From NCBI RefSeq assembly GCF_006345805.1, contig NW_021831873.1, positions 1 through 62,481 of the forward strand: a stretch of DNA of 62,481 bases, written 5' to 3'. This document shows positions 1 to 14,064 of the stretch, piece by piece. Source of the stretch: Octopus sinensis. Lineage: Eukaryota. A program made the translations under genes and the position numbers. Position 1 is the first letter of the stretch, and every line of letters starts with the position of its first letter. The notes under the pieces were generated by a model, which saw only the letters and a list, made by a program, of their open reading frames with translations, was not told the DNA's origin and did not search any database.

Positions 1-285
1 TATATTCGTCTTTTTCATTATTAAATATGTTTCGTCATTTTCATTGATAATTTTACTCTAACTTTTTAGACCACATCTTCACGAGTTTAATTTAATTTTA
101 CGTTTAAAATTCAGTTAAATGATATTTATCGACGAGATAAATAACGTTTTTTATTTAACAATATTATTTAACTTTTGAATTGTATTGTGTTTGATTATTA
201 TTATTATTGTTGTTAAAATAATAATTTATATATAAGTTCTTGATAATTATTAATTATGAAATGTATATCTATTTATTTACTATTT

Positions 286-667
286 TTCTTTTACTCTTTT
301 ACTTGTTTCAGTCATTTGACTGTGGCCATGCTGGAGCACCGCCTTTGGTCAAGCAAATCGTCCCCAGGACTTATTCTTTGTAAGTCCAGTACTTATTCTA
401 TCGGTCTCTTTTGCCGAACCGCTAAGTTACGGGGACGTGAACACACCAGCATCGGTTGTCAAGCAATGCTTCGGGGACAAACACAGACACACAAACACAT
501 ACACACACATACATATATATATATACATATATACGACAGGCTTCTTTCAGTTTGGTCGACCCGAGGCTAGAGCAGAAGTCACTTGCCCAAGATGCCACGC
601 AGTGGGACTGAACCCGAAACCATGTGGTTGGTTAGCAAGCTACTTACCACACAGCCACTCCTGCGCC
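286..667 (-). mobile_element. tRNA-derived SINE (octopus-type)
   Basis: Minus-strand head GGCGCAGGAGTGGCTGTGTGG (A box) and GGGTTCAGTCCC (B box), internal (TA)/(TG) tract, 3' tail GACTGAAACAAGTAAAAGAGTAAAAG. Three more copies occur in the window. Confidence 0.9.
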
Positions 668-1059
668 ATTTATTATGTTTATTATTATTTTTATAATGTG
701 ATTTAATGTATTATATATAATTTAATTTGAGAAATAGTTTTGTAAGACAATATATTATTAAATAGTTAGGTGGTCTATTTATTACGTAGTATTACATTTA
801 AGTAAATATGTTAAATATCAATTGATATTTTGGTCAACTATATAAAAGAATAAAATATTAAATCTATAAACATTACATATACATTAATAATATAGATAGT
901 TTATATATAGGTGTGTATATATTTGAACCATTTTCTATTTTTAATTCTAATATTTTTAGCTTGTACTAGCATTCTGTATATTACTTAACATGAAGTTTTT
1001 TTGTATACATTACGTAATGAGAATAAAATTTTATTTAGATATTTATTAAATTAATTAAT

Positions 1060-1660
<601 letters not shown>

Positions 1661-2081
1661 TCTTTTCTTGAATATGTTAAAATTTTATTTTTATAGATAT
1701 AATAAATATCTATACCAATTTATTCTATTTTTTACTTACACAAGAATATATTTCTTAAGATATTTCGTATTTTACAAGATTATATACGTATATTTATTAA
1801 TTTATCTAATTAATTAATTTATCTTTAACGTGAAGAGTGACTATATTTATATTGAATTAATTTTACTGTTATCATTTCTTAAATAAATCCACGGAACACG
1901 TGTAGTTTTTCTACCAAATATATACTTTTTAATTATAACTATTATTTTTATTTTGCACTTTACGTAATCATTTGTATATGCTTTATATTTTATTTAATCT
2001 TTCTATCAGATGTAATCTTTTTCTAAATGGTATAATTTAATTTTTTCATTATTAAATTGATAAAAGGTGTTTTTTCTAATT

Positions 2082-2082
<1 letters not shown>

Positions 2083-2145
<63 letters not shown>

Positions 2146-2210
2146 GAAATTTGATTTAGTATTTCTAAATTGAATTTTTCCCTGTAAGTTTGAAATAATA
2201 TTCCTCATAA

Positions 2211-2294
<84 letters not shown>

Positions 2295-2297
2295 CAT
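2083..2297. repeat. (TA)n followed by (TTA)n microsatellite
   Basis: Read directly from the sequence. Confidence 0.95.
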
Positions 2298-2635
2298 AAT
2301 TAGTATATATGTACACACACATACGTGCACACATTTATTAATATAATATATAGGGGTATTGGTATCCAGAAACCGAAGATGGCTGCTAAGGCTACGTAAG
2401 TGCTACGGGAGGACTGTAGTGCTTTGTGAGAACTCTCGGTTCGATAATGATACGAGTAAGGTGTCCAATACAGGTCTTGTGTAAGCATGCATATGTTAAA
2501 TAAAATGAGACAAGTAAACCAAGTTTGTGTGGAATTTATAGTGCTTCTATATATTACATGTATAGTGCATGTCTTAATTATGTAAGGAATCAATATCGTG
2601 TTAAAAATCGTTATTAAACAACGTTATCATATATT

Positions 2636-2732
2636 TATATGAAGACGAAAAACGTTTATAATTATATAATTATATAATTTTAATGTAAAATTATATAATT
2701 ATATAATTATAAACATTTTTCGTCTTCATATA
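2636..2732. repeat. Near-perfect palindrome (47-bp arms, 3-nt loop)
   Basis: TATATGAAGACGAAAAACGTTTATAATT...TTTTA, loop ATG, then the reverse complement with one mismatch. Confidence 0.9.
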
Positions 2733-2988
2733 TATATGTTGCTGTTGCTTTGACGTACGACACTCACCTTTTGGTACTGGTGATGTAGGCGTTGTTGTTG
2801 GTGGAGTTACTCCTGTTGTTGGCCAATGAAAAAGGGATCACAATTGCGGTGCCCTAGCATGGCCGCAGCCTCAATGCTAAAGTATATAAAAGAATATATA
2901 AGTTCAGCAAAATTTAGAGTCAGATGAATATGGTACTTAAGTTAAAGACACCAGAATTATAAGGATAATACCATATATATAGATATAT

Positions 2989-3034
<46 letters not shown>

Positions 3035-3043
3035 ATATATATA

Positions 3044-3756
3044 TTAGAGGGAAACCACTATGTGGACACCTTTATGCACAAGGTGTCCACATAGTGGTTT
3101 CCCTCTAAAATGTATATAATACAACTTTACTGAACCTTCATTTTTTTTATATGCTTGACCACAGGTGTGAAATCGATGTTAATTAAATTAATATCTAATT
3201 TCTCACTCTCATTTTAAATTTAGATTTAAATTAATGCGTCCTTTAACCGGCAAGGGCCACTGCAGTAAAGTATTATCTGCAGCATCAATTTTTCTGATAA
3301 TTTAGCGCGCCAAAACGAGGATATTTGAAGTAGTAAATGCGAGCGTAATGAGTAGAACTGTTTACAGATCTGACTTTGTTCGGACGTCCTTGTATGCAGT
3401 CCTGCAAATTATATTCATCTGGACGGTCGCACCGATGATCTATGGACATTTATGTAAGTAATATTACGTAATATGTAAATAGTGACACATGTGTGCGAAT
3501 AATCCATATTTTTATTGCTTTTTCTTTTGTCCAGCTTGATTACGTTTTGGTTGTTTTGCTAAATTTTTCTTAAGAACATTTCTTAGTAATAAGACGTGAG
3601 CGGATCTATTTCTACCATAAGTGTGTCCACATACCGGTTTCCCTCTAATATGTTTATAATACAATTTTGCTGAACCTTCAGTTTTTTCTTATATGCTAAA
3701 CCACTAGTGTGAAATCGATGTTAATTAAATTAATATCTAATTTCTCACCCTCATTT

Positions 3757-3761
<5 letters not shown>
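3044..3761. mobile_element. Unclassified ~720-bp repeat with a 29-bp terminal hairpin and ~137-bp terminal direct repeats, embedded in (TA)n
   Basis: Perfect inverted repeat 3044-3072/3080-3108. Direct repeats 3083-3219 and 3623-3761. TA arrays on both sides. Confidence 0.65.
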
Positions 3762-3809
<48 letters not shown>

Positions 3810-3826
3810 TATATATATTATATATA

Positions 3827-3889
<63 letters not shown>

Positions 3890-4059
3890 TAAAGGAAAAT
3901 AAGACAAGGTAAAAATACTAAAATAATTTCGTCATGAAGAAAAATTTAGTAGCAACTTCAGTCTTTGCGACTTTTTCAACTTAGAGTAAAGCATGAAAAT
4001 CATTTAAACTGTGAAAGAATTAAATGAAATATTTTTTTTTAAATATTTCCATAGTTTTC

Positions 4060-5032
4060 AAATGGAAGTAGGGTACTAGAAAAATACGGCAAACTATTCT
4101 CCCTCTACATAGAAAATAACTGGAACAGGTATCTGGATTACTGCTTCATTCATTGGCATGAAAGTACAGAGGGACTTAAAGAATTTCAAACACTTATATA
4201 TGAACCTGAAATGAACATGTAATTTAAGATGGAATATAGCCATCAACAATTTCCATTCCTCGACATCCTCATTAAGAAATCCAACAACAAAATAGAAACA
4301 GGTATATATTATATGCCCACGGACTCCAAGCAATATCTACCGCAATAACTCAGACATCCGAAAATAAAGAAGGATTTACAACCAAAGGCCCTACCATACA
4401 TCACCACACACAACCCCCTTAACAATGATGCTTTCGACACCATCCTCCAGTACATTCTCCTACTAAAAATGAACACAATGAATTTATTCCTCCAAACGCC
4501 CACCGTCATAAAGAGTAAAAGACAACCTAATCAATAAAAAGTCTCCTAAAGCAAACCCAAGTACACTCGACAACAACACTGAAGCCAAGTGTAAATAAAA
4601 TGCGGTTGACATAACTGGGGTATGTGCGTCAACCTAATTGAGGGATAGGCGTTCTCTCTCAAACAGGGTCAACGTTTTACATTGAAAAACAACTTCACAT
4701 GTGCTTCGAAAAACCTAATATAAGTATTAAATTGCTCAGGATGCCGAGAGCAATACATAGGCCAAATCGAAAGCAATCTACATCAATGGATGACTCTACA
4801 TAGATCCCAGATTAAAATTCGGGAATACAGAAAAATTGCATACATCGAACACATCGACATTAGCGCTACTAGCAAACAACGCAAATTCAGAATTTTCCCC
4901 CTCTATCAATTCATGGACGATGCAACCTATAATCACCACCGCATTAGCAAAGCCTCATATTTTATCACAAAATATAAACCCCTTTTGAATGCGTCCACCA
5001 CAAATGAGACTACTATAAGGGCTTTAGAATAA
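4060..5032 (+). mobile_element. Penelope-like element remnant (RT C-terminus and GIY-YIG endonuclease), degraded
   Basis: PFLDILIKKSNNKIETGIYYMPTDSKQYL near 4250-4340. FTCASKNLI.VLNCSGCREQYIGQ...H...HID...YFITKYKPLLN at 4690-4990. Confidence 0.85.
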
Positions 5033-5221
5033 TACCCACACAAATATTAAAAACAATATATTCATGAATTTACCCATGAATTTATTCAGAACAATTCCAG
5101 TTACTACTTTTATAACCACAACAGGTCACTTTTAGGTCACTAAGAAAATTCCACCAACAACTTACTACTGCCATACTTTCGTATTTTTCTTATTCTTTCT
5201 CTTCTTTTCCTACACCTTCTT

Positions 5222-5380
5222 CTTATTATTATTATTTCATCATCATCATCATCATCTTCTTCTTTTCTTCTTCTTCTTCTTCTTCTTCTTCTTCTTCTTC
5301 TTCTTCTTCTTCTTCTTGTTCTTCTTCTTCTTCTTCTTCTTCTTCTTCTTCTTCTTCTTCTTCTTCTTCTTCTCTTCGCC
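5222..5380. repeat. (ATC)n/(TTC)n microsatellite
   Basis: Read directly from the sequence. Source of the poly-R and poly-F ORFs. Confidence 0.95.
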
Positions 5381-5637
5381 ATCTTCTTTTTTTTATCTTC
5401 TGCTTCTCCTCCGCCTCCTTCCTCGGCTATTGCTGCTTAAACAATCAAACCCAAGAACTCACATCCCTCATCTAAAATATTCCTTTAGGACTGGACTACC
5501 TACTACCTACCACCAAGCCTTCACAAGATTACTAAAATGTACCAAAATTTTCTTCATGATAAAATTATTTTAGCATTTTCTACCTTGATTTATTTTCTTT
5601 ATAAATACCGACTAGTGTTCCTTTTCAACCTTCTACA

Positions 5638-5803
<166 letters not shown>

Positions 5804-5858
5804 GGGACGATGCAACCTATAATCACCGCATTAGCAAAGCCTCATATTTTATCACAAA

Positions 5859-8600
5859 AGTCACGAAAATTGGAACATGGAACGTAAGGTAATTGAACAT
5901 TGGGAAGTTGGACACCATCAAGAAGGAAATGAATCGATTAAACATCGCTATCCTAGGAGTCGGCGAAGTTCATTGGACTGGCAATGGTTTCCTCAACTCT
6001 GGTGATCATACAATGTACTTTTCGGGCAATAGCAAGACCAGACAAAATGGAGTGAGATTTGTTCTATACAAGAAAATATCCAAGTGTGTTGAAGGTTACC
6101 AGACCATCAGTGATCGAGTGATTACCATTCGCATCAAAGTCAAAACCAACAACATCACATTGTACAAATCTACGCACCAACTGCCGACGCCGAAGAAGAT
6201 GAGATTGAACAATTCTATGCAGAAATTCAGGGCGCAATCGAGGAAACACCACGAACAGATGTTGTGTATATTCTGGGAGATTTCAATGCCAACAATGGAG
6301 AAAAAGCAGAAGCAGACATTGTTGGCAAATTTGGATTAGGAGAACGGAATGAAGTAGGAGATCGACTGGTCCAATTTTGTCAAGAACAAAACATGCGGCT
6401 AACCAATACTTGGTTTCGGCAGCCAAGAAGACGGCTTTACACCTGGACGTCGCCAAGTGGACAGTACCGCAATCAAATCGACAACATCCTATGTCAGCAA
6501 CGGTGGAAGAGTTCAGTCCAAGCTGTGAAGACGTTCCTTGAGGCAGACTGTGGATCTGACCATGAACATCTGGTTGCCAAGATCAAAATTCGATTCTGCA
6601 ATGTCAAGCGACCACCCGCTTGCCAGAAATTTGTTACCAACAAGATCGGTCTATCATATGTCGCTGAGATCAGAGGCCGCTTCGAACTGCTCGCCATCGA
6701 AGCAGAAGATATATGGGAGAATGTGAAGGAAATTGTCGTTGAAACAGCAGAGAAACATGTACTATACAAGAAACCCACACGATCAGCAAAGTGGATTTCG
6801 GAGGAGACTTATGCAATAGCAGAAGAAAGAAGGAGAGCAAAGGTGACCAGAAGCAGGGATGAAGTGCGGCGCCTGAATGCAATGTTCCAACAGGCTGCCA
6901 GGAAGGACAAAGAGAAATACTGGAATGAGGAATGTGCAAGGGAAGAGGAGGCATACAGGAAACGGAACACGAGAGAACTTTACCAACATGTAAAGAAGGC
7001 CCGTGCAGCATCCATGGCAAGACAAGCAACCTTCCGTGGGAGAAATGGTGAAGAACCACATGACCTAGAAGGGATAAGAAAAAGATGGAAAAATACACTG
7101 AACAGTTGTACGCAGGGAACAACCGTGATGAGCAGGCAGAAGAGAAGCCACTGGAACTGGAGCCAGACATCCTGGAGGATGAGGTGGTATGGGCAATGAA
7201 ACAGCTGGCCAAAACCGAGAAGCCCCAGATACTGATGGCATACCACTAGAATTACTCAAGCCAATACCAACAAAAACACTAACATCGCTTTGCCAACGAA
7301 TATGGAGAACCTGTAATTGGCCAATGGAATGGAAGAGGTCAGTTGTCATTCCAATACCAAAGAAAAGAGACACCAAGGACTGCGCAAACTACCATACCAT
7401 CACTCTGATCCCCCATGTAAGCAAAATTCTCCTTAAAATCACCCAGAAGCGCCTAAACAGAACTATATAGAGAGAATTGCTAAAAGTGCAAGCTGGTTTA
7501 AGAAAGGGAAGTGGCACCCGCGATCACATCGCCAACCTTCGGTACATTATGGAAAAGGCAAGAGAATACCAAAAGAAGCCGTACGTGTTTCATTGTTTAC
7601 TCCAAAGCCTTTGACAGCATTGATCATGACAAGTTATGGAGAAAATGGGAACACCTTCACACCTTGACCAGCTTATTAGATCACTCTATCGAAACCAAGA
7701 GGCTACAGTACGGACACAATATGGCGACACTGATTGGTTTGAGATTGGAAAAGGCACTCGGCAAGGTTGCATCCTGTCACCAGCAGCCTTCAAAATGTAC
7801 GCTGAAAAGGTCATGAGGAATGCAGACCTGGAGGATAGCAGCATTGGAGTGAAGATTAGAGGAAGAAATATTAATAACCTTCGCTATGCAGATGATAAAA
7901 TGCTGCTGGCAGAAAATAATAAGGATCTAGAGAAACTTATCCTGCTAGTCAAGAAAGAGAGTGAGAACTTTGGGCTGTACCTCAATGTCAAGAAAACAAA
8001 AATCATGTCAACAGCAGCCACAACAAACATCAGCATTAAGATCGATAATAAAGAGATCGAAGTGGTAGATGATTTCATATTCCTTGGCTCCAAAATAAAT
8101 CGTAATGGTAACTGCACTCCAGAAATAAGGCGGTGGATAGTACTAGGCCAAGAGGCAACGGTCAGCATGAACAAGGTCTGGAAGAGTAGAGACTTCAGCC
8201 TTGCTACCAAATGCAGATTGGTGTATGCAATTGTCTTCTCAATAGCAGCATATGGCTGCGAGAGCTGGACACTAAAGAGAACTGACCAGAAGAGAATTAA
8301 TGCATTCGAGCTTTGGTGTTGGAGAAGACTTTTACGGATTCCATGGACAGCGAGGCTCACCAATGATGAAGCCGAAACTGTCGCTAGCATCACCAAGCAA
8401 AGATTGGCATATTTTGGTCATATTATGCGGAGAAAATTCCTGAAGAACGACATCATGTTTGGAATGGTCAGTGGCAAGAGAGGAAGAGGCCGACCAAGAA
8501 CCTGCTGGCTTGATACCATCAAGAGTGACACGGGAATGACCATAGCCAATCTGAAAGAAGCGACTCTGAAAGAAGAACTGGCTGGAAATCACTTCGACTG
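5859..8600 (+). mobile_element. RTE-clade LINE (APE and RT), frameshifted, 5'-truncated
   Basis: KIGTWNVR, ILGDFNA, NQIDNIL and GSDH (APE motifs). KAFD, RQGCILSP and LRYADD (RT motifs). Spread over ORFs 5893-6339, 6264-7199, 7189-7470 and 7636-8601. Confidence 0.93.
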
Positions 8601-8602
8601 AG

Positions 8603-8649
<47 letters not shown>

Positions 8650-8793
8650 TATATATATAATGGAGTCTTAATTGCAGATGGCTCAATTCCATGACAAAAG
8701 ACTTAAGGTACCACCAACCAAACCCACTAATTCCCTTCTTGGCACCAACAGAAAACATTAAAAACAAGAAGAACCGATTTTATCAGAAATATT

Positions 8794-9182
8794 TGGCTGT
8801 GTGGTAAGAAGCTCGTTTCCCAAAAACAGTTCAATCCCACCACGTGGTACCTTGGTTAAGTGTCGTCTACTATAGGCTCATGCCGATCAAAACCTTGTGA
8901 GTATATTTGGCATTTGGAAACTGAAAGAAGCCCATCGTTTATATATATATATATATGTATATATTTATGTGTATGTCTTTGTGTTTGTGTTTGATCCCTT
9001 CCCCAACGCGCTTGACAGCCGATATTGGTATATTTACGTCACCATAACTTAGCGGTTCGACAAAGATACTGACAGAATGAGTACGAGACTTAATAAGAAT
9101 AAGTCGATTTCTGCGAGTAAAAAGTGGTGCTCCAGAATAGCCCCTGTCATATGACTGAAACAAGTTAAAGAATATAAGAATA
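8794..9182 (+). mobile_element. tRNA-derived SINE, diverged copy
   Basis: TGGCTGTGTGGTAAG head, GAAACTGAAAGAAGCCC core, internal (TA)n, GACTGAAACAAG tail. Confidence 0.85.
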
Positions 9183-10849
9183 AACGTATACCATACACAC
9201 TCGCGCGCTCGCAAGCACTAACATGCTCGTACGCAGATGGACACATACACACACACTTACAGAAGTCAATAATAAATAGGGTTATCTTTGTATTGTGAAA
9301 CTGTATTGTGAAACCAGTAGCTGGGCGTCATGAGAGTTTGAGAGTCGAAGAGTTGAGAGTCGACTGTTCTAGTCGGCGTCTTGTGGAGTTAACAGTGATA
9401 GTAAGTGAGAAGAAGTTAGTGTATTACTCCTCCAGTACGAAGAGATACAACGGTATCCGATGACTAGTAACTATTGTGGTTACTAGCTTAAACAGCAACT
9501 ACAGTACAACGGAAGTCACACATCACACCAGTGTGAGGAACCCACTTTATACTAGTTATATACAACCTTTTTACAACATGCATAGAATCCACAGAAGACA
9601 TGGTAAAGAAAGCAAAATTGGATTGCAAACATACTTAGATTACTCCTAAGTATCACAGTTGGCTAACAGGAAAAAACAAGAGCAACAGTGTACAGATCGT
9701 TCATTATATCCATCATGCATTGTGGCAGTTCCCTCTGAGCTCCAACCTCCCGACAACAACTCACTTAAACATTCCAAGGAGACAGAGCTGTACCTCTGCA
9801 CCATAAACTGCTCTATCCAATCTACATCCAGAGATCCAATCCACATCGAAATAATGAACATGTGAGAGAAATACTTTGTTACCGTTGAAAAGTTCAATTC
9901 CCTCTGATCCTGTTAATACCTCAAAATCAACCATGATGTACAACTCCACAGAAAACGTAGCACCATAATGTTTTAAAACACTATCTCTCCAACAGAACCG
10001 AGTCAAACATAGAAACATATACACGACTGCCACTAGAATCTATGTGCTTATAGAAATAGATCGACCAACTGAGACATTGCAATATATCTTGATTGTTATA
10101 TCGCAAACCATACGCCTCATTACTGCATGTCAGAATGTGCAAGTAGACGGAGACATAGTTTAACTAGGATGACTGGTCTATCAGGCCACGTCGTTCATCC
10201 GAGTATCTTCATACTGTAAGACTACGCGAACAGCGAGACCTGAGACTAGACAATGAAAACAAGTTGCAAACTGAAATTGCTGGATATTGTCTTACTGTTT
10301 ACCGGCGAGCTTCTGGAATGATGATATTTCTTTAATTAAGCTTTCAAACCGTAACAGCAAACTGAATGCAGAGACCCCAACAGTCTCTCGGCTTTAGAAT
10401 TTTTATATTATTATATTTCCCAGCTTCCAGATCTCTTGTTCGATATTCTGTGTATTGTGATAGTATTTGGTTATTTTAGTGAACGAATGATTTTTTCTTA
10501 CTGAACCATCAAGGAAGTGGAGCATATATCTCTTATCTGAAGCCTCTCCAAGGCATTTCTTGGCATTTATTGTTTTCCTTACAAAAGTTCAGTCGATCGG
10601 ACAGTCACTTCAAGCTAACAAGTACACAATTACCACAAAACTGTGTCTCTGGAATATACGGAAGAACATATTCAGTGTAAAGCATTTCTGGTAGTGTGTG
10701 GCGATGTTACTTCATAATCACAGTCCTCAAATCAAAATATCAAGTGCAAATGCGTGAATGAGGTTGGAATTGATAATGGTGAAGATCTCTCGCTCGGCAG
10801 TTGGCCTGCAATACGACATGGTAGGATCGGTTGTCATCTAGTTTCTGCA

Positions 10850-11660
10850 GTACGAAAGAAACGAGGAAAGATCCACTGAAGCAGGCTTGAATGCCACTCT
10901 GATGGAATGTAACATCCGACATGAACCTACCAGATTTTGCTTTACGGACAGATGGAGAGAGCTATGACATGAAAATAAAATGTTTGATATCATTTGGCAG
11001 AAACTAAGTGACCAGGTAAGACACATTAGAAAGAAAGATTGATTAACTCAAGTACAGTTCGAAAAAATCAAACAGACGGAGAACGTAAGACAATATAAGA
11101 CAGATAAATGTCAAATACACTCAAAACAAAGACATGGTGTTCAATTACCACGTATCACAAGACACCCCTATGTGTACGGGAAACCAGAGTATGAATTTTT
11201 TGTTGAACAAATTATTGGCCGTTGGCTACATGATATTACCCAATCAGATGAAAGAAAAATGTTACTGTCAATAAAAAGGCAATGAAGAATAAAATAATGA
11301 GATATAGATAGTTAATCAAGTCTTGGAGATGATAAAAAGTAGTGGTATCACCATGACCAACAAGTTAGTATATATGCTGCAGCCGTGCTAGTAATAGAAG
11401 AACTTAGCATGAAGGTATCACAACCTCAAAAGAAAGAAAGAGAACCAAAGTGGAAAAGACGATTACAGGGACAGGTAGACCAGTTGCAAAAAGATCTTGC
11501 ATGGGTAGAGATTCTTAATCATGAGAAATGTATAAGACTGGATTTCAAGAAGCAATCAAAAGAAACTACTGGCTGAAACAAAAATTATAGAAGAGCAATG
11601 AAGAATTAAAGCAAAAGGATAAAAGTGAAAGCTGCCAAAAGTAAGAGACACGGCAACAGA
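10850..11660 (+). mobile_element. R4/Dong-type RLE non-LTR retrotransposon, N-terminal fragment
   Basis: LMECNIR...QKLSDQVRHIRKK and IYAAAVLVIEEL...PKWKRRLQGQVDQLQKDL. Confidence 0.7.
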
Positions 11661-11670
11661 TTTGTTGGCC

Positions 11671-13590
11671 TTTTTTTTTTCCCTGTAACCGATTCAAATT
11701 TTTTCTAGAATGGTGCCGACCGTCTCCAGTTCGGAGGCGTCCGACATCATGACATTATGTCGTCCGTGTGCGGAGACACTGCCCTTCCATGTCCCTGTTC
11801 GAATGGAATGCCCCTTAACTGTTTCAACTTCCGTAGCCAATACGTACAGACCGAGCGTGCAAACGGTTCCGATAAGTGGCTATTTACTTTGACCACTGAG
11901 CAGATGCCGCTCTGCATTGCGGCGATCCAGCTTCTGAAAAAGGGCCCGAAACCGATTGCTTTCAGGACAGCTTCCAAGCAGTGATGGTTGACTCTATCGA
12001 ATGCTTGATTGATTGATTTAGTTTTATCCAAATTGAGCAGAGCACCCCGGAAGCCAGCTGTAGTGATACCCCTCTCTATAATGTATCGCGTAAGGTGGAG
12101 GTTGTCGTGGATAAGACCTGTTCAGGAATGTGCATGTTTGTGTTTCCCGACCAGGTGCCCAACGACTAGCGCCAATCCTTTCGTTAACACCTTGGCAAAA
12201 AGTCTTAAACTGTGTGTTTAGCAGAGTTATGGGTCAAAAATTCCTTAGTACGTCATCTCTGTCGGCGTTCATCATCATCAGTGTAACCACATCCCAGCTA
12301 ACAACACTTGGAATACTCTCGTCCTGTTGCCAGTTGCGCTGTACATTTGCTTAGAGGTCAACAAACAAATCTGGTATGAACACATAGAATTCATAAGCTA
12401 GACCATCCAAACTGGATGATTTGTGACGTGTGCAATCGTTCATGACCTCCTGAATTTCTGTGGCTCTTATCGGCTTTTCACATAAACTCATGTCAGCTGG
12501 TGAGAGCCGCTGTAAGCCGTGCGATTACTAACTAAAATTCACTATCGTCTTCGACCCATTTTCTCCACAAACAGCTGCATAAAGTACTGCTGGAGAGTTG
12601 CACATATCCCCTCTGCGCCCAGTAGCACGCGCCTATCCTAATCAATCAAAGATTTGATCGCGATTTTGTTTACACGTCGCGTTTCACCTTTCGGGCCCAC
12701 CGGACAGCTTTAGTTCCTCCTTGTTTGAGCGAACAGGCCTAAGGCCTGACAACGCAATCTTAGTGTTTCGCTGCTTCGAAGAAATAATCAAGGACCATTC
12801 TCACCGCTACTACATCGGTCACGATGCCCTTATTAGATACCTCATCTAATTTTATAGCTAGTTCACCTCGTAATCTCTTCCTTTCTATTGCTAACTCTTT
12901 GCTAAACGCTATCGATTCTGTTCTAATCACCCGCTTTAGGAACATCCACCACTGGTTGTTGTCGACTGCCACTGCCAACTGCCGCTTAACTAGTTCATTA
13001 ATCCGGCCCCTATAGTCTTTGCATGCAGTAAGAACGCATTTAACTTCCTGTAACTGGGTCCCTGTCTACGGGACTTACCTAACACGACTGTGCAGACCAC
13101 AAATTTGTGATCTGTGTAGTCGACCAATTTAAATTTTGGACAACCTACGCCATCTCTCTCCTCTGATCTAACAAATACTGTATCTAGATACGATCTGGAC
13201 ACCTATAGTAGTTGCTCCACATCCACACTGGCACATCATTGAAAGCTAGTCGATATCTGTCAGACAACTGAAAGTTTCTGAGCAGGTTTTCTAGGCCATA
13301 GCACCCACTTCTTCTATATACTAGCCCGACACAGTCAATCTGTGCATCTAAAGCACTATTCCAGTCTCCTAGTACTAATAGGTGAGACGTTCTCAGGAAA
13401 GCTTCAAGACGCTGAAGAGATTTGGCTCTCCAGACCTGTCGGGCCTTCCCTACCATTCTCGTCTAGGGCCACCAACCTACTGTCTGCGTCCATAAATATT
13501 GCCCGTACTTTGAGACATAAGGACTTTTGGAATAATTTTGCTACTTCGCCGCCCACTCCCGACAAACCACAGGATGAGAATAATGGGCGC
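11671..13590 (-). mobile_element. L1/Tx1-clade LINE fragment (APE and part of RT) nested in the R4-type element
   Basis: LVLGDWNS, SYLDTVF and YTDH (APE motifs). QAFDRVNHHCLEAVLKAIGFGPFFRSWI (RT). T10 run at 11671. Paralogous to the 35-38.9 kb element. Confidence 0.85.
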
Positions 13591-13965
13591 TAACGCTCGC
13601 GAAACGCTGCATAAAAGGATCACTGCCCAACTGGATGAATGGCTGTAGCACGTCCCTACCTGAATGACAAAAGAAGGAATGCTGCTATGTCTCGAGGATT
13701 TCTTGAAAGGTAACTTGACATCAAATTTTCGGCCTAAAATCTGTCTACCACCTATGTGGAAGCTTATCGAGGATGTCTAGGCGGAAAAGCTATATAATAT
13801 TCTAGAAAGTAACAATCTACTTATATGAGAGCAGAAAGAATACAAAAAACAAAGTAGGGCAACAAAAGACTACTAATTATTTGATAGAATGAGAATTAGT
13901 AATTGTAGACGCAGATTGATGGAACTGAGTGTAGCATGGTTAAGTTACCAAAAAGCGTCCATTGC
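13590..13965 (+). mobile_element. R4/Dong-type RT fragment, probable continuation of 10850-11660
   Basis: NFRPKICLPPMWKL...EQKEYKKQSRATKD...LSVAW, with in-frame stops. Confidence 0.7.
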
Positions 13966-14064
13966 CTTGTGGGGCTTCCAAAGGGGCGATTTCTAACAAA
14001 TATTCTTCATATTTCGTCGGTAGATTCCTGGTGTAAGATTTCTGTGAATATGAAATTATCATAT

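Noticed and set aside
590-667. tRNA gene
   Set aside because: It has A and B boxes but continues into the SINE body, recurs four times and does not give a clean cloverleaf.
9270-10450. Possible LTR and degraded Ty3/gypsy gag-pol
   Set aside because: Only a vague resemblance (DIMNDL..VFS..LANC), with no second LTR, primer-binding site or YxDD motif.
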